From positions 1-22,340 of the forward strand of contig JAUWKS010000053.1 of the NCBI GenBank assembly GCA_030614005.1: a stretch of DNA of 22,340 nucleotides, read 5' to 3'. The notes beneath the pieces were generated by a model. It ran no database searches and had not been told where the DNA came from. It worked only from the letters and a program-made list of their open reading frames with translations. Numbering within the stretch: position 1 is the stretch's first letter; each line of letters opens with the position of its first letter. This document shows, piece after piece, positions 1-8,453 of the stretch. The DNA is from Candidatus Heimdallarchaeota archaeon. GTDB taxonomy: Archaea; Asgardarchaeota; Heimdallarchaeia; JABLTI01. The translations under genes were made by a program, and so were the position numbers.

Positions 1-15
1 AAAAAAAGAGATTTT

Positions 16-36
16 GAGACGCTAATTGAACGTCTC
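16..36 (-). terminator. Short hairpin followed by a T-tract, downstream of the minus-strand gene remnant
   Basis: GAGACG(16-21)...CGTCTC(31-36) is a perfect 6-bp inverted repeat. On the minus strand it is followed by AAAATCTCTTTTTTT (to position 1) and lies just after the stop at 45-47. Confidence 0.45.
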
Positions 37-44
37 TTACTATT

Positions 45-326
45 TTATCTTGTCGTTCCTGTTTTCTTCTTTTTTACAGCACGTGAGATAAAGGTTGCTC
101 CCACAATTATTATGATTAAGCCACCTACACCAATTGATAACCAAGCCCAGACAGGCAAACCTAACCAAGTTTGTTAAGGAATTCCAAGAAAGAGCTTCCG
201 GCGGTATATGTAACCACCATTGTGTATGAGCCTTCCTCAAGAGCAGTGCTGTATACTCTAATATAGTAATTCTGCGATTTTGCCAGAAAAGACTATCGAA
301 ATGGGACTTTGAATTAAATAGTTATT
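45..326 (-). pseudogene. Frameshifted 3' remnant of a C-terminally membrane-anchored protein (PPC-like beta-sandwich end, TM helix, basic tail)
   Basis: Manual translation: 292->170 reads SFLAKSQNYYIRVYSTALEEGSYTMVVTYTAGSSFLEFLNK. After a 1-nt shift in the AAA run (170-172) it continues TWLGLPVWAWLSIGVGGLIIIIVGATFISRAVKKKKTGTTR* (stop 47-45). A second possible indel in the run at 287-290 would extend it to about 326. No start codon found. Confidence 0.65.
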
Positions 327-367
327 TTATTTTAGCTAATTATTCACAAAAAATTAAAAGGAGGGAA

Positions 368-925
368 ATGTTAGAGAACATAATTTGACAATTTGAGGGA
401 TTAACAATTTCAAATGAAGATGAAACCATTATTTACACTGCAAGTGCAAGACGCGCTTTTATAGTTAAGAACCCTGGCTCCGAAGAGAAACTGTTAGCTG
501 GGGATGAAATTATGATTGGTTGGTCCAAAGCAGAGGGGTTATTAGATGAGAAATTATCTCGAGATGATTTTCGAGAAATTATTCACAAAACGTATTTTCC
601 TCGGGAAGAGAATAAGCGCCGTTCTGGACAAGTTGCAGGTGATCTTTGGCGATTTATTCGAGGGATAGAACTAAATCATTTTGTTCTCATACCAACTGTA
701 GGTGGGTTCTTTATTGGGCGGATTACTGGTCCGACAACATATGATGAAATGAAAATCTTCAATGATACGGCATATCGTCGAAAAGTGGAATGGCTTAATG
801 ATAAGAAACCTGTTCCTCAAGAAATGACTACTGAAGAGCTGCAAAAGAAAATGAAATCAATTCTATCAGTTATTGATGCAACTGTTCTTTATGACGAAAT
901 TGAATTCGCCTTAAGGCATTTGTAA
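368..925 (+). pseudogene. Stand-alone N-terminal domain of an Mrr/COG4127-type restriction protein; in-frame TGA at codon 7 (possible pseudogene, or a gene with a downstream start)
   Basis: GGAGG at 360-364 and ATG at 368 are in frame with the 512..925 ORF. TGA at 386-388, then open from 389 to 925. Motifs AFIV...IGWSKAEGLLD...GDLWRFIRGI..NHFVLIP..GGFFIGRITGP..YD...TAYRRKVEWLN resemble the N-terminal domain of Mrr-cat restriction proteins. No nuclease domain follows. Confidence 0.6.
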
Positions 926-982
926 TATTACTTAGTAGCTAATGATTCCAATAATAGCTTTCTGATTATTGGACCATTATCT

Positions 983-1519
983 TTATTCCGTTTTTTTAGT
1001 CAATTCCTCAAAAAACGTCGGAGCATTTTTGGGTGCTTTTCCGTGTTTTACTTTATGATAATAGGCATAGGTCAGTGGTTCTCCGTCTCGAGTAATTTTT
1101 CCACCAACAACTTTAGCTATAAAGAGAGTATGGGTTCCGCAATCAACTGAATCTTTTACTACGCCTTCAAGATAACCCAAAGAATGATCATGAACAATAG
1201 GAGCCCCAGTTAAGAAATTTTCAATATTCAATGGTTCTTTGAATTTATCAAAATCCTTGCCAGATCGAAAACCAAAACGGCCAATAAATTTCATAGGAGT
1301 CTCTTTACAGAGAACCGAGGCAGTAAAGACCCTACTTTTCACAATGAAATCATGAGTGTAATTTTCTTTCGAAATACTTACTGCAATCATTTGTGGCTCA
1401 GATGTTATTTGAAATATAGTATTCACTATCAAACCGTTGTACTTGTCCCCTTTTTTAGAACAGAGGAGAAAGAGACCATAACTGATTAAACGTATGCTTT
1501 CGTAGAGTTCTTCGACCAT
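983..1519 (-). CDS. Flavin reductase-like protein (DIM6/NTAB family; resembles the N-terminal domain of high-molecular-weight rubredoxin)
   Basis: ISYGLF..S...NG.IVNT.FQITSEP..IAVSI.KENYTH, FGFRSGKDFDKF, DCGTHTLFIA.V, PLTYAYYH.VK.GKAPK.APT motifs. Confidence 0.88.
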   Translation of the reverse strand: MVEELYESIRLISYGLFLLCSKKGDKYNGLIVNTIFQITSEPQMIAVSISKENYTHDFIVKSRVFTASVLCKETPMKFIGRFGFRSGKDFDKFKEPLNIENFLTGAPIVHDHSLGYLEGVVKDSVDCGTHTLFIAKVVGGKITRDGEPLTYAYYHKVKHGKAPKNAPTFFEELTKKTE

Positions 1520-1726
1520 GATATTTCAACCAAAATAGTGCATCTTATCTTTACCTTTAGAATAGTCTAATTTCGACCATTAAAAAAATATCGCATAATA
1601 ATTTTCTCTTTTCCATCTCTCTCGTTTCATTCAATTAGAGTCATAGAAAAAGATAATATAGTAACTGATTTATTTTCTGTTAAGCATAAATATCGCCTTT
1701 TTTATGTTTCATTTTGAGGATTGTTC

Positions 1727-3472
1727 ATGTCATCATCACCAAAAGTAATAGTTTCCTTACTCGGAAAGTATTTGAAACCATATATACCTCAGGTGATACT
1801 CTTAACTATTTTTTTGATGATAGGAAATAGCATTGTAATTATTAATCCTCAAATAGTGAGTTACTATATTGACTCGGTAATTGAAGGATTTGATAAACGA
1901 ATAGCTTTATTCGCCGGTCTAATGTATGTTGGTCTGAGTTTTCTGCAAAGATCTTTGATGGTTGTCACTAGATATTTCAGTCAAAATCTCGGTTGGGCAT
2001 CCACAAATGATCTTCGCTCTGACCTTACTAGTCATTGTATGCATTTGGATATGACCTTTCATAATAAATACAAACCAGGGGAAATGATCGAACGAATAGA
2101 TGGCGATGCTTCAGCATTATCGCAGTTCTTTAGCACCTTTACGATTTATTTCATAGGCAGTTTTTTGGTTCTCATAGGAATAATAATCGCAACTTTTGTT
2201 GAGGGGTGGATTTATGGACTAATATTCACAGGATTTACCATTGTCTCTCTAATTGGATTATATTTCATCCGAAAAATAGTCTCACCTTTGTGGAGAAAAG
2301 TACGAGAATCTACTACAGCACTGTACGGAAATATCGAGGAAAGTCTTAATTCATTGGAAGATGTTAGGGCAAATGGTGGCGATGAATATGTTATGAAAAA
2401 ATTTCATGATATATCAAGAATCGATTTTAAAAATAAAAATAAAGCTATGATTGTTTCGAGAATTTATTACTTAGCAAGTATTATAATGAACGCTGTATTA
2501 ACATTGTCAATTCTTATTGCCTGCTATTATCTTTATGTCCCCTTAAGATTAACACCTGGAACGGTATTTTTGTTACTTACATATGCATCAAATATTCTCA
2601 GACCATTGAGATTAATTCTAGCACAACTTGAAGCATTACAAAATACTATCGCTAATATTGATCGAATAAATGAATTCTTTGCTATTGAAACCGAAATTAG
2701 TGATACTGGAACAGAATCTTTTCCAACAGAATCCATTGCGCTCAAATTCAAAGATCTTAATTTTAGTTACAATAAAGAAGATCTGGTGCTTCAAAATATA
2801 TCCTTTAATTTACAGCCAGGGAAAAAAATAGGTTTAATAGGCCACACAGGTAGTGGGAAAACTACCCTAGCTAGATTGATTTTCCGATTATATGATCCAA
2901 CCGATGGAGCAATTACCATAAATGGAATAAATTCACAAGAGTTTCCTTTGAAAGAATTGAGACAAAATATCGCTTATGTGACTCAAGAAGTGGAACTATT
3001 CAAAGCTTCTGTGAAAGATAATATAACATTCTTTAGTGATGAAATTCCCGAAGAAGTTATTCATTCTGTATTTGAGGATTTAGGATTAGAGGAATGGATA
3101 AATAAATTACCAAATGGCTTGGATACTGAGATATTTTCAGATGAACTGGGGTTATCAGCTGGTGAAGAACAACTCCTTGCATTATCTCGAGCATTTTTGA
3201 AAGATCCGAAAATTGTTATCCTCGATGAGGCATCTTCACGTTTAGACCCTGCAACAGAACGTAAGGTTGATACTGCAATAAGTAAATTGCTTGAGGGAAG
3301 AAGTGCAATAATCATTGCTCATAGATTGTCAACATTACATGATGTTGACGATATTCTTTTACTAAAAGATGGACACATAATCGAATATGACTCAAGAGAA
3401 ACCCTGCTGAAAGATCCAAACTCTCATTTCTCGCAGTTATTACAGAAAGGAATTGAGGGGGTATTACAGTGA
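1727..3472 (+). CDS. ABC exporter, fused TMD-NBD, subunit 1 of a heterodimer (MdlB-like)
   Basis: N-terminal TM helices, Walker A GHTGSGKT, Q-loop TQE, signature LSAGEEQ, Walker B ILDEA, H-switch IAHR. ATG 1727 preferred over TTG 1721 because GAGGA at 1716-1720 lies 6 nt upstream. Confidence 0.93.
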   Translation: MSSSPKVIVSLLGKYLKPYIPQVILLTIFLMIGNSIVIINPQIVSYYIDSVIEGFDKRIALFAGLMYVGLSFLQRSLMVVTRYFSQNLGWASTNDLRSDLTSHCMHLDMTFHNKYKPGEMIERIDGDASALSQFFSTFTIYFIGSFLVLIGIIIATFVEGWIYGLIFTGFTIVSLIGLYFIRKIVSPLWRKVRESTTALYGNIEESLNSLEDVRANGGDEYVMKKFHDISRIDFKNKNKAMIVSRIYYLASIIMNAVLTLSILIACYYLYVPLRLTPGTVFLLLTYASNILRPLRLILAQLEALQNTIANIDRINEFFAIETEISDTGTESFPTESIALKFKDLNFSYNKEDLVLQNISFNLQPGKKIGLIGHTGSGKTTLARLIFRLYDPTDGAITINGINSQEFPLKELRQNIAYVTQEVELFKASVKDNITFFSDEIPEEVIHSVFEDLGLEEWINKLPNGLDTEIFSDELGLSAGEEQLLALSRAFLKDPKIVILDEASSRLDPATERKVDTAISKLLEGRSAIIIAHRLSTLHDVDDILLLKDGHIIEYDSRETLLKDPNSHFSQLLQKGIEGVLQ

Positions 3473-5271
3473 AGGTAGGGCGACTTGCTGGTAAATTAAT
3501 GAAATTTAGGATTGGTTTAGTTTTACTAACTCTCTTCTTTACTGTAACATGGTTAGGTGGAAGGTTTGCCATCAGTTTGGGCATACAAGAAATCATTGAC
3601 ACTTTAACTGGAAATGAAACATTATTATCGCTTGATATTACTACTTTGTTCATTATTGCTCCCTTTACTTATCTTGGAACATTTATCTTCGGAGCAATAT
3701 TCGATATTGTTAATTGGTTGTACTGGATTTCTTGTGAGGTTCTTGTTAGAAAAAATATGATGCTTGGATTGTTAAAGAAACCGGGTGCCCAAGCATTACC
3801 AGATACTACTGGAGAAGCAATTTCACGCTTTCGTGGAGATGTAATGAATATCGTTCGACTCTCCTATACACTTGCAGTAAGAATAGGCATTGGTCTTTAC
3901 TCTATTGGATTAATGGTCTACTTATTTACTATTAGCTGGGAAGCAACAAGTTTGGTTTTCATTCCTTTCGCTTTAATTCTTGTAATTGGATTGCTTGGAC
4001 GAAAGAAAATGTCCTCACTAAGAAAAGTGCGAAGAAAAGCAGCAGGAGAGGTTACTGGAGCCCTTGGTAAAATATTTGGTTCAATTCAAACATTCAAAGT
4101 TGCTACTGTAGAGGCCAATGTTCTCCGCCATTTTGATTCAAAAACAGAAATAAGAAAGCAAGCAGTAGTAAATGAAGAAGTATTTAGTGCAGTTATTAAC
4201 AGTATATTCCTATTTTCAATATCAATGGGAATGGGTGTTATTTTACTTCTCATAGGCCCAGCAATGAATTTAGGGGATTTTACCGTTGGAAACTTATTTT
4301 TCTTCCAATCGCAGATTTGGTGGTTAGGTGAATTCGTCTGGTTGCTAGGTGACATGATACCTGTGGTTCAACAAGCTAAGGTGTCCTATAATAGAACACT
4401 CAGATTAATTCAGAATAGAGATGAGACTGTTACTGCTGATGCTTTAGTTGCAGATGAACCAATATATGTCCAGGAGGATTTTCCACCTTATCGCACAGTA
4501 GAGCGTAAAGAAGGAGATATTCTCTCTGTTCTGTCTGCTGAAAATCTTACCTATCTTTATCCTGGAACAAACAAAGGAATAGAAAATGCAACACTAGATA
4601 TCAAGAGAGGATCATTTACTGTTATAACAGGAAGGATTGGGGCAGGGAAAACAACACTGTTACGGACGATTCTTGGTTTACTGCCAACAGATACTGGAAA
4701 AGTGTATTGGAATGGAAAATTAGTTGATGAACCTTCCGAATTTATGATTCCGCCAAGATCCGCATACACACCACAAGTACCTTTCCTCTTTAGCGAATCC
4801 CTGAGAAATAATATTTTGATGAATCTAAGAGAAGAAGATGTGAATATTGCAGAAGCAACACAGCTAGCAATAATTGATAAAGAAGTAGAGGCTTTTGATG
4901 ATAAGCTAGACACACTTGTTGGGCCAAAGGGTGTTCGACTTTCAGGTGGGCAAAAGCAAAGATTAGCTACAGCAAGAATGTTTGTTAGGGATTCAGAATT
5001 GTATGTCTTCGATGATTTATCGAGTGCATTAGATGTTGAAACCGAACAGAAATTGTGGGAACAATTGTTTGCTAAAGGAAGGGAAATTACTTGTTTGGTT
5101 GTTTCTCACAGACCGTTAGCATTACGGAGAGCTGATAATATCATTGTTATGAAAAAGGGACAGATAATTGATCAGGGAAAACTAGATGAATTACTGGAAA
5201 GAAGCACTGAAATGCAAAAATTGTGGGAAGGAGATCTAAGTAATAACAATGGTATAAAAGAAGGACTTTAG
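3469..5271 (+). CDS. ABC exporter, fused TMD-NBD, subunit 2 of a heterodimer
   Basis: GTGA start/stop overlap with the upstream gene. Walker A GRIGAGKT, Q-loop PQ, signature LSGGQKQ, Walker B YVFDD, VSHR. Confidence 0.93.
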   Translation: MKVGRLAGKLMKFRIGLVLLTLFFTVTWLGGRFAISLGIQEIIDTLTGNETLLSLDITTLFIIAPFTYLGTFIFGAIFDIVNWLYWISCEVLVRKNMMLGLLKKPGAQALPDTTGEAISRFRGDVMNIVRLSYTLAVRIGIGLYSIGLMVYLFTISWEATSLVFIPFALILVIGLLGRKKMSSLRKVRRKAAGEVTGALGKIFGSIQTFKVATVEANVLRHFDSKTEIRKQAVVNEEVFSAVINSIFLFSISMGMGVILLLIGPAMNLGDFTVGNLFFFQSQIWWLGEFVWLLGDMIPVVQQAKVSYNRTLRLIQNRDETVTADALVADEPIYVQEDFPPYRTVERKEGDILSVLSAENLTYLYPGTNKGIENATLDIKRGSFTVITGRIGAGKTTLLRTILGLLPTDTGKVYWNGKLVDEPSEFMIPPRSAYTPQVPFLFSESLRNNILMNLREEDVNIAEATQLAIIDKEVEAFDDKLDTLVGPKGVRLSGGQKQRLATARMFVRDSELYVFDDLSSALDVETEQKLWEQLFAKGREITCLVVSHRPLALRRADNIIVMKKGQIIDQGKLDELLERSTEMQKLWEGDLSNNNGIKEGL

Positions 5272-5321
5272 TCAGCAAATGCCCAACATAGAATCATAAC
5301 CATTTATTATCTATTTTTCAG

Positions 5322-5335
5322 CAAAAGCTTAAGTA
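5322..5335 (+). promoter_or_regulatory. Candidate archaeal BRE/TATA promoter for the methyltransferase
   Basis: CAAAAG-CTTAAGTA: purine-rich BRE-like element abutting a TTAA-type box, about 50 nt upstream of the inferred coding start. Confidence 0.4.
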
Positions 5336-5388
5336 TCACTATTTCCTAAATGGAAGTTTAAACAGTAAACTCTTGGAGGAGATGGACA

Positions 5389-7920
5389 ATAACTTTAGAT
5401 AGTGAGTATTCGAAACAGAATGTTGCATCTCGTTTCTATAAACAGTTTACTGTATTACGAACAACTCTAGCAAGCTCTATCAAAAATAATCTTGAAGACA
5501 CTAAGAAGTTCCTTGTTGCTCAAAGGATTTTCAATAGAATTTTTTTGTTATATTTTATAACTAATAAGCATATAATTCGATGGAAAAATGATCAAAAAAT
5601 TACCGCTGAAGAATTCTTTGAAGTTTTGCTATCAGATGGGAATTTTGTTAAAAATCTCTACCTGATTTTTGATTTTTTACAAACCCCAGGAAAGGAGAAG
5701 TTTTATCAAATTGGTGAATATACAATAAAAATTCCTTTTTTACAAAATAAATTGCTGTTAAAAACTGAAGAAGAAATACATATACAAATTGATTTGGAAA
5801 TTAACGATTGGCAGGAAATATTCTCTTTTCTAAATACGTTTGAATGGGTTGCTGAGGATGAGGTTAACCCTAATTCTCTTACACCAGAGATATTTGGTTA
5901 TATTTACGAAAGAAGTACCGTTGAATGGGAAGATCAAAAAATGAAAACTTCCAAACCGGTTTCTTCCCGGAAAAAAAGAGGGGTATTTTATACTCGAGAT
6001 GAAATCACACAATACATCATTAAATATACATTCTATCCTTTGCTTTTTGAAAGATTAGGAAATCGCTACAAGACTCTTATCGATTTTCTTGAAGATGGAA
6101 AAAATGATTATGAACTAGCCTATGAAATTATTGATGCTCTAACTATTCTAGATCCTGCATGTGGTTCGGGTGCATTTCTCATTAAAGTTGCAGAAGAATT
6201 GTATAAACTAAAATGTACTCTAATGAAAAAAATGGGAAAATCATTTGAAAGTGTGGACCTAAAAAAAAGAATTATTGAGCAAACTCTCTATGGTGTAGAT
6301 TTGCTAAAAGGTGCAATCGAAATTACGAGATTGAGGTTACAGATCTGGATAATTGCAAGTTATACTCAATCAAGTGAAATCACTCCACTGCCAGATATTA
6401 AGCATATTCTTGAGGGTAATAGTCTCATTGGGGGAATTAAAGGTGAGCTTATCGATATAGAAAAAAAATCAAGTAAAAAACAATTTTCGGACAAAGAGAT
6501 TGAAAAACTAAAACCATTTCATTGGAACACAAATTTCAAGGAAATTCTATCAACTAGGGGTTTTGATATAATAATTGGTAACCCCCCATATGGTGCTAAA
6601 ATTTCAGAAAAAGAACATCAAATTATCTCTGAGGAATATAGTTGCACATCTAGCAAAAATACTGCGGAATATTTCTTAGAACGTTCATACCGATTACTTA
6701 AGGAAAATGGATTCATGGGTTTTGTTGTTCCAAAACAGATAGCGTTCACTTCTAAATGGTGTGATATACGCGAATTTCTTCTAGGAAAAAGCATTGTGAA
6801 AAATCTGTTCGATATTGGTTTAGCATTTGAGGGGGTAGACTATGAAGCATTAGTTATAGTTGCAAGAAAAAGTGTTGACAAGAATGTTATTGAAAGTAAC
6901 AGAGTGCAAATTGATATAGCTAACAACATAAAAAGCTCTATCAGGTCAAAAATCCCTCAATTTATTGGGTATAATACACAACGGTTAATGCAGTTACATA
7001 AGATACTCATATACAAGCATATCACAGCTTTAGAAGGAGAAATACTTGAAACGATAAAATATAGTTCAGAATCGTTTGGCCAATTCTTTAAGGGGAAATC
7101 ATTCAGAGGTATATACTTCAATCAGACAGAAGAGAAACAATTGCAAAAAGGAAAGCACCTCTACGTACGAGGTGGTCCATCAATACAAAGGCATTATCTG
7201 AAAAACATCAAGTATATTCACCTTCCGGAGAAAAGAAGTGGTGAAGTAGAGAAATTATTGAGACCAAAGATAATATTCAAAGCTTTAAGGGGAACACAGT
7301 TAGTTGCTTATGTTGATGTCTTTGGTAGAATTATTTCAGATAGCAACATGAGTAATATCATATTGAAGGACATACACTCGAGTAACTTAAAGTCAATGCA
7401 ATTAATATTAAATCATAAACTAGTTTCATTCTATCTATCTAAGTTAGTTTTTAGCGAAACAACTGAGACAGCCAGGCATTTAGATACACCCTATGTTGTT
7501 CCTATTCCAATACCCAAGAGAATAAATTTCGATGTTTGCAACAAAATTGCTGATATTCTATTGTTTTTAAGTAAATATTATTTCACGAATTTTCTAAGTA
7601 AAAATAATTCAAATGTTGAAATTGAAACGACAATCAAATATTTTGAAGAACTTGCCAAAGCTATCATTTATGAATTATATTTTCGAGAATTGCTCACAAC
7701 TGATTTACAAAAATTACTCGAAACAATGACATTAATAGATCTTGAAAAATGGACCCCCTTTGAACTTTCGAGCAATGTGACTTCTAATCTAAATGAAATG
7801 GATATTCTTCTAAAGATTGAGGAACATTACAAGGAACTCTTAGATAATGAAAACGTTCAGAGTAATATTAACACCGTTCTATTGCATGAATATGTGAATT
7901 GGATAGAGAATAAAAAGTAA
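5389..7920 (+). CDS. N6-adenine DNA methyltransferase, Eco57I/TaqI-like (gamma class) with C-terminal target-recognition region; start uncertain
   Basis: Motif I ILDPACGSGAFL, motif IV IIIGNPPY, plus TPEIFGYIYE, RKKRGVFYT and LYGVDL..GAIEITRLRL. The frame is open from 5362. The segment FYKQF..LR...AQRIFNRIFLLYFI upstream of the called TTG (5545) matches the family's helical N-terminus, so the start is placed tentatively at ATA 5389. Confidence 0.85.
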   Translation: MTLDSEYSKQNVASRFYKQFTVLRTTLASSIKNNLEDTKKFLVAQRIFNRIFLLYFITNKHIIRWKNDQKITAEEFFEVLLSDGNFVKNLYLIFDFLQTPGKEKFYQIGEYTIKIPFLQNKLLLKTEEEIHIQIDLEINDWQEIFSFLNTFEWVAEDEVNPNSLTPEIFGYIYERSTVEWEDQKMKTSKPVSSRKKRGVFYTRDEITQYIIKYTFYPLLFERLGNRYKTLIDFLEDGKNDYELAYEIIDALTILDPACGSGAFLIKVAEELYKLKCTLMKKMGKSFESVDLKKRIIEQTLYGVDLLKGAIEITRLRLQIWIIASYTQSSEITPLPDIKHILEGNSLIGGIKGELIDIEKKSSKKQFSDKEIEKLKPFHWNTNFKEILSTRGFDIIIGNPPYGAKISEKEHQIISEEYSCTSSKNTAEYFLERSYRLLKENGFMGFVVPKQIAFTSKWCDIREFLLGKSIVKNLFDIGLAFEGVDYEALVIVARKSVDKNVIESNRVQIDIANNIKSSIRSKIPQFIGYNTQRLMQLHKILIYKHITALEGEILETIKYSSESFGQFFKGKSFRGIYFNQTEEKQLQKGKHLYVRGGPSIQRHYLKNIKYIHLPEKRSGEVEKLLRPKIIFKALRGTQLVAYVDVFGRIISDSNMSNIILKDIHSSNLKSMQLILNHKLVSFYLSKLVFSETTETARHLDTPYVVPIPIPKRINFDVCNKIADILLFLSKYYFTNFLSKNNSNVEIETTIKYFEELAKAIIYELYFRELLTTDLQKLLETMTLIDLEKWTPFELSSNVTSNLNEMDILLKIEEHYKELLDNENVQSNINTVLLHEYVNWIENKK

Positions 7921-7941
7921 AGATGAGATTTTATTCAAAAA

Positions 7942-8430
7942 CTATTTTATCTTTTTTCCGGTGAAATTAACAACAACAATAGCCCCAAGTAAACTTGCTC
8001 CAAGACTGAGATTTATAATCAAGTTAATGTTAAAATCTTGGTCACTTTCAAGAGTAAAGGCGAGAGAAGCTGAATTAACAGTATCCGCGTTGTAAAACAA
8101 AACATAAAAAGTATCTGTCCACAGGGCACTAAATTCAGTATTAAATGATGAAATTATATCTGAGTAATGTCTTTCATAATAATTCATGATTGGATAATTT
8201 TCAGAGTCAAGGATGTACAGTTCAATTTCACCATACGTCATAACAACGGTAATGGTCAAAGTGTCCCCATCGTGTAATTTAAAGCTGACTGCATGTTCCC
8301 CAAGAGGTGTAAGAACAATTGAATCTGAAACAGTTTTGCCACTGGTGGATAGTGCTGTTGTAAGTAGAAGAAAGTTGAGCAGTAGAAAACTGATTATTGC
8401 AATTCTTGCTGTTATTGTCTTAGTTTTCAT
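7942..8430 (-). CDS. Single-pass membrane protein: signal peptide, about 100-aa beta-sandwich (GOLD/p24- or PPC-like), C-terminal TM, tail ...FTGKKIK
   Basis: ATG 8430 begins MKTKTITARIAIISFLLLNFLLLTTALS (signal-like). Alternating beta pattern AVSFKLHDGDTLTITV..GEIELYILD...FYVLFYN...SLAFTL. Hydrophobic C-terminal segment LIINLSLGASLLGAIVVVNF. Confidence 0.75.
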   Translation of the reverse strand: MKTKTITARIAIISFLLLNFLLLTTALSTSGKTVSDSIVLTPLGEHAVSFKLHDGDTLTITVVMTYGEIELYILDSENYPIMNYYERHYSDIISSFNTEFSALWTDTFYVLFYNADTVNSASLAFTLESDQDFNINLIINLSLGASLLGAIVVVNFTGKKIK

Positions 8431-8453
8431 TTTTATCACACAGTAACTATTTA

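Noticed and set aside
40-240. Called 66-aa ORF MRKAHTQWW...
   Set aside because: It begins at a TTG with no ribosome-binding site and has an implausible composition. The two other minus-strand frames give a coherent beta-domain/TM/basic-tail protein.
1586-1697. 9-bp direct repeat AAATATCGC in the flavin reductase/ABC divergent region
   Set aside because: Too short and AT-rich to distinguish from chance; about 100 nt apart with no palindromic structure.
2533-4913. Five minus-strand ORFs (2533, 3061, 3312, 4086, 4557)
   Set aside because: Antisense shadows of the two well-supported ABC genes; Ser/Ile-rich with no motifs.
5389-7920. Methyltransferase as BREX PglX or part of a DISARM system
   Set aside because: None of the partner genes (brxC, pglZ, brxL, drmA/B) are adjacent, and the protein is shorter than a typical PglX.
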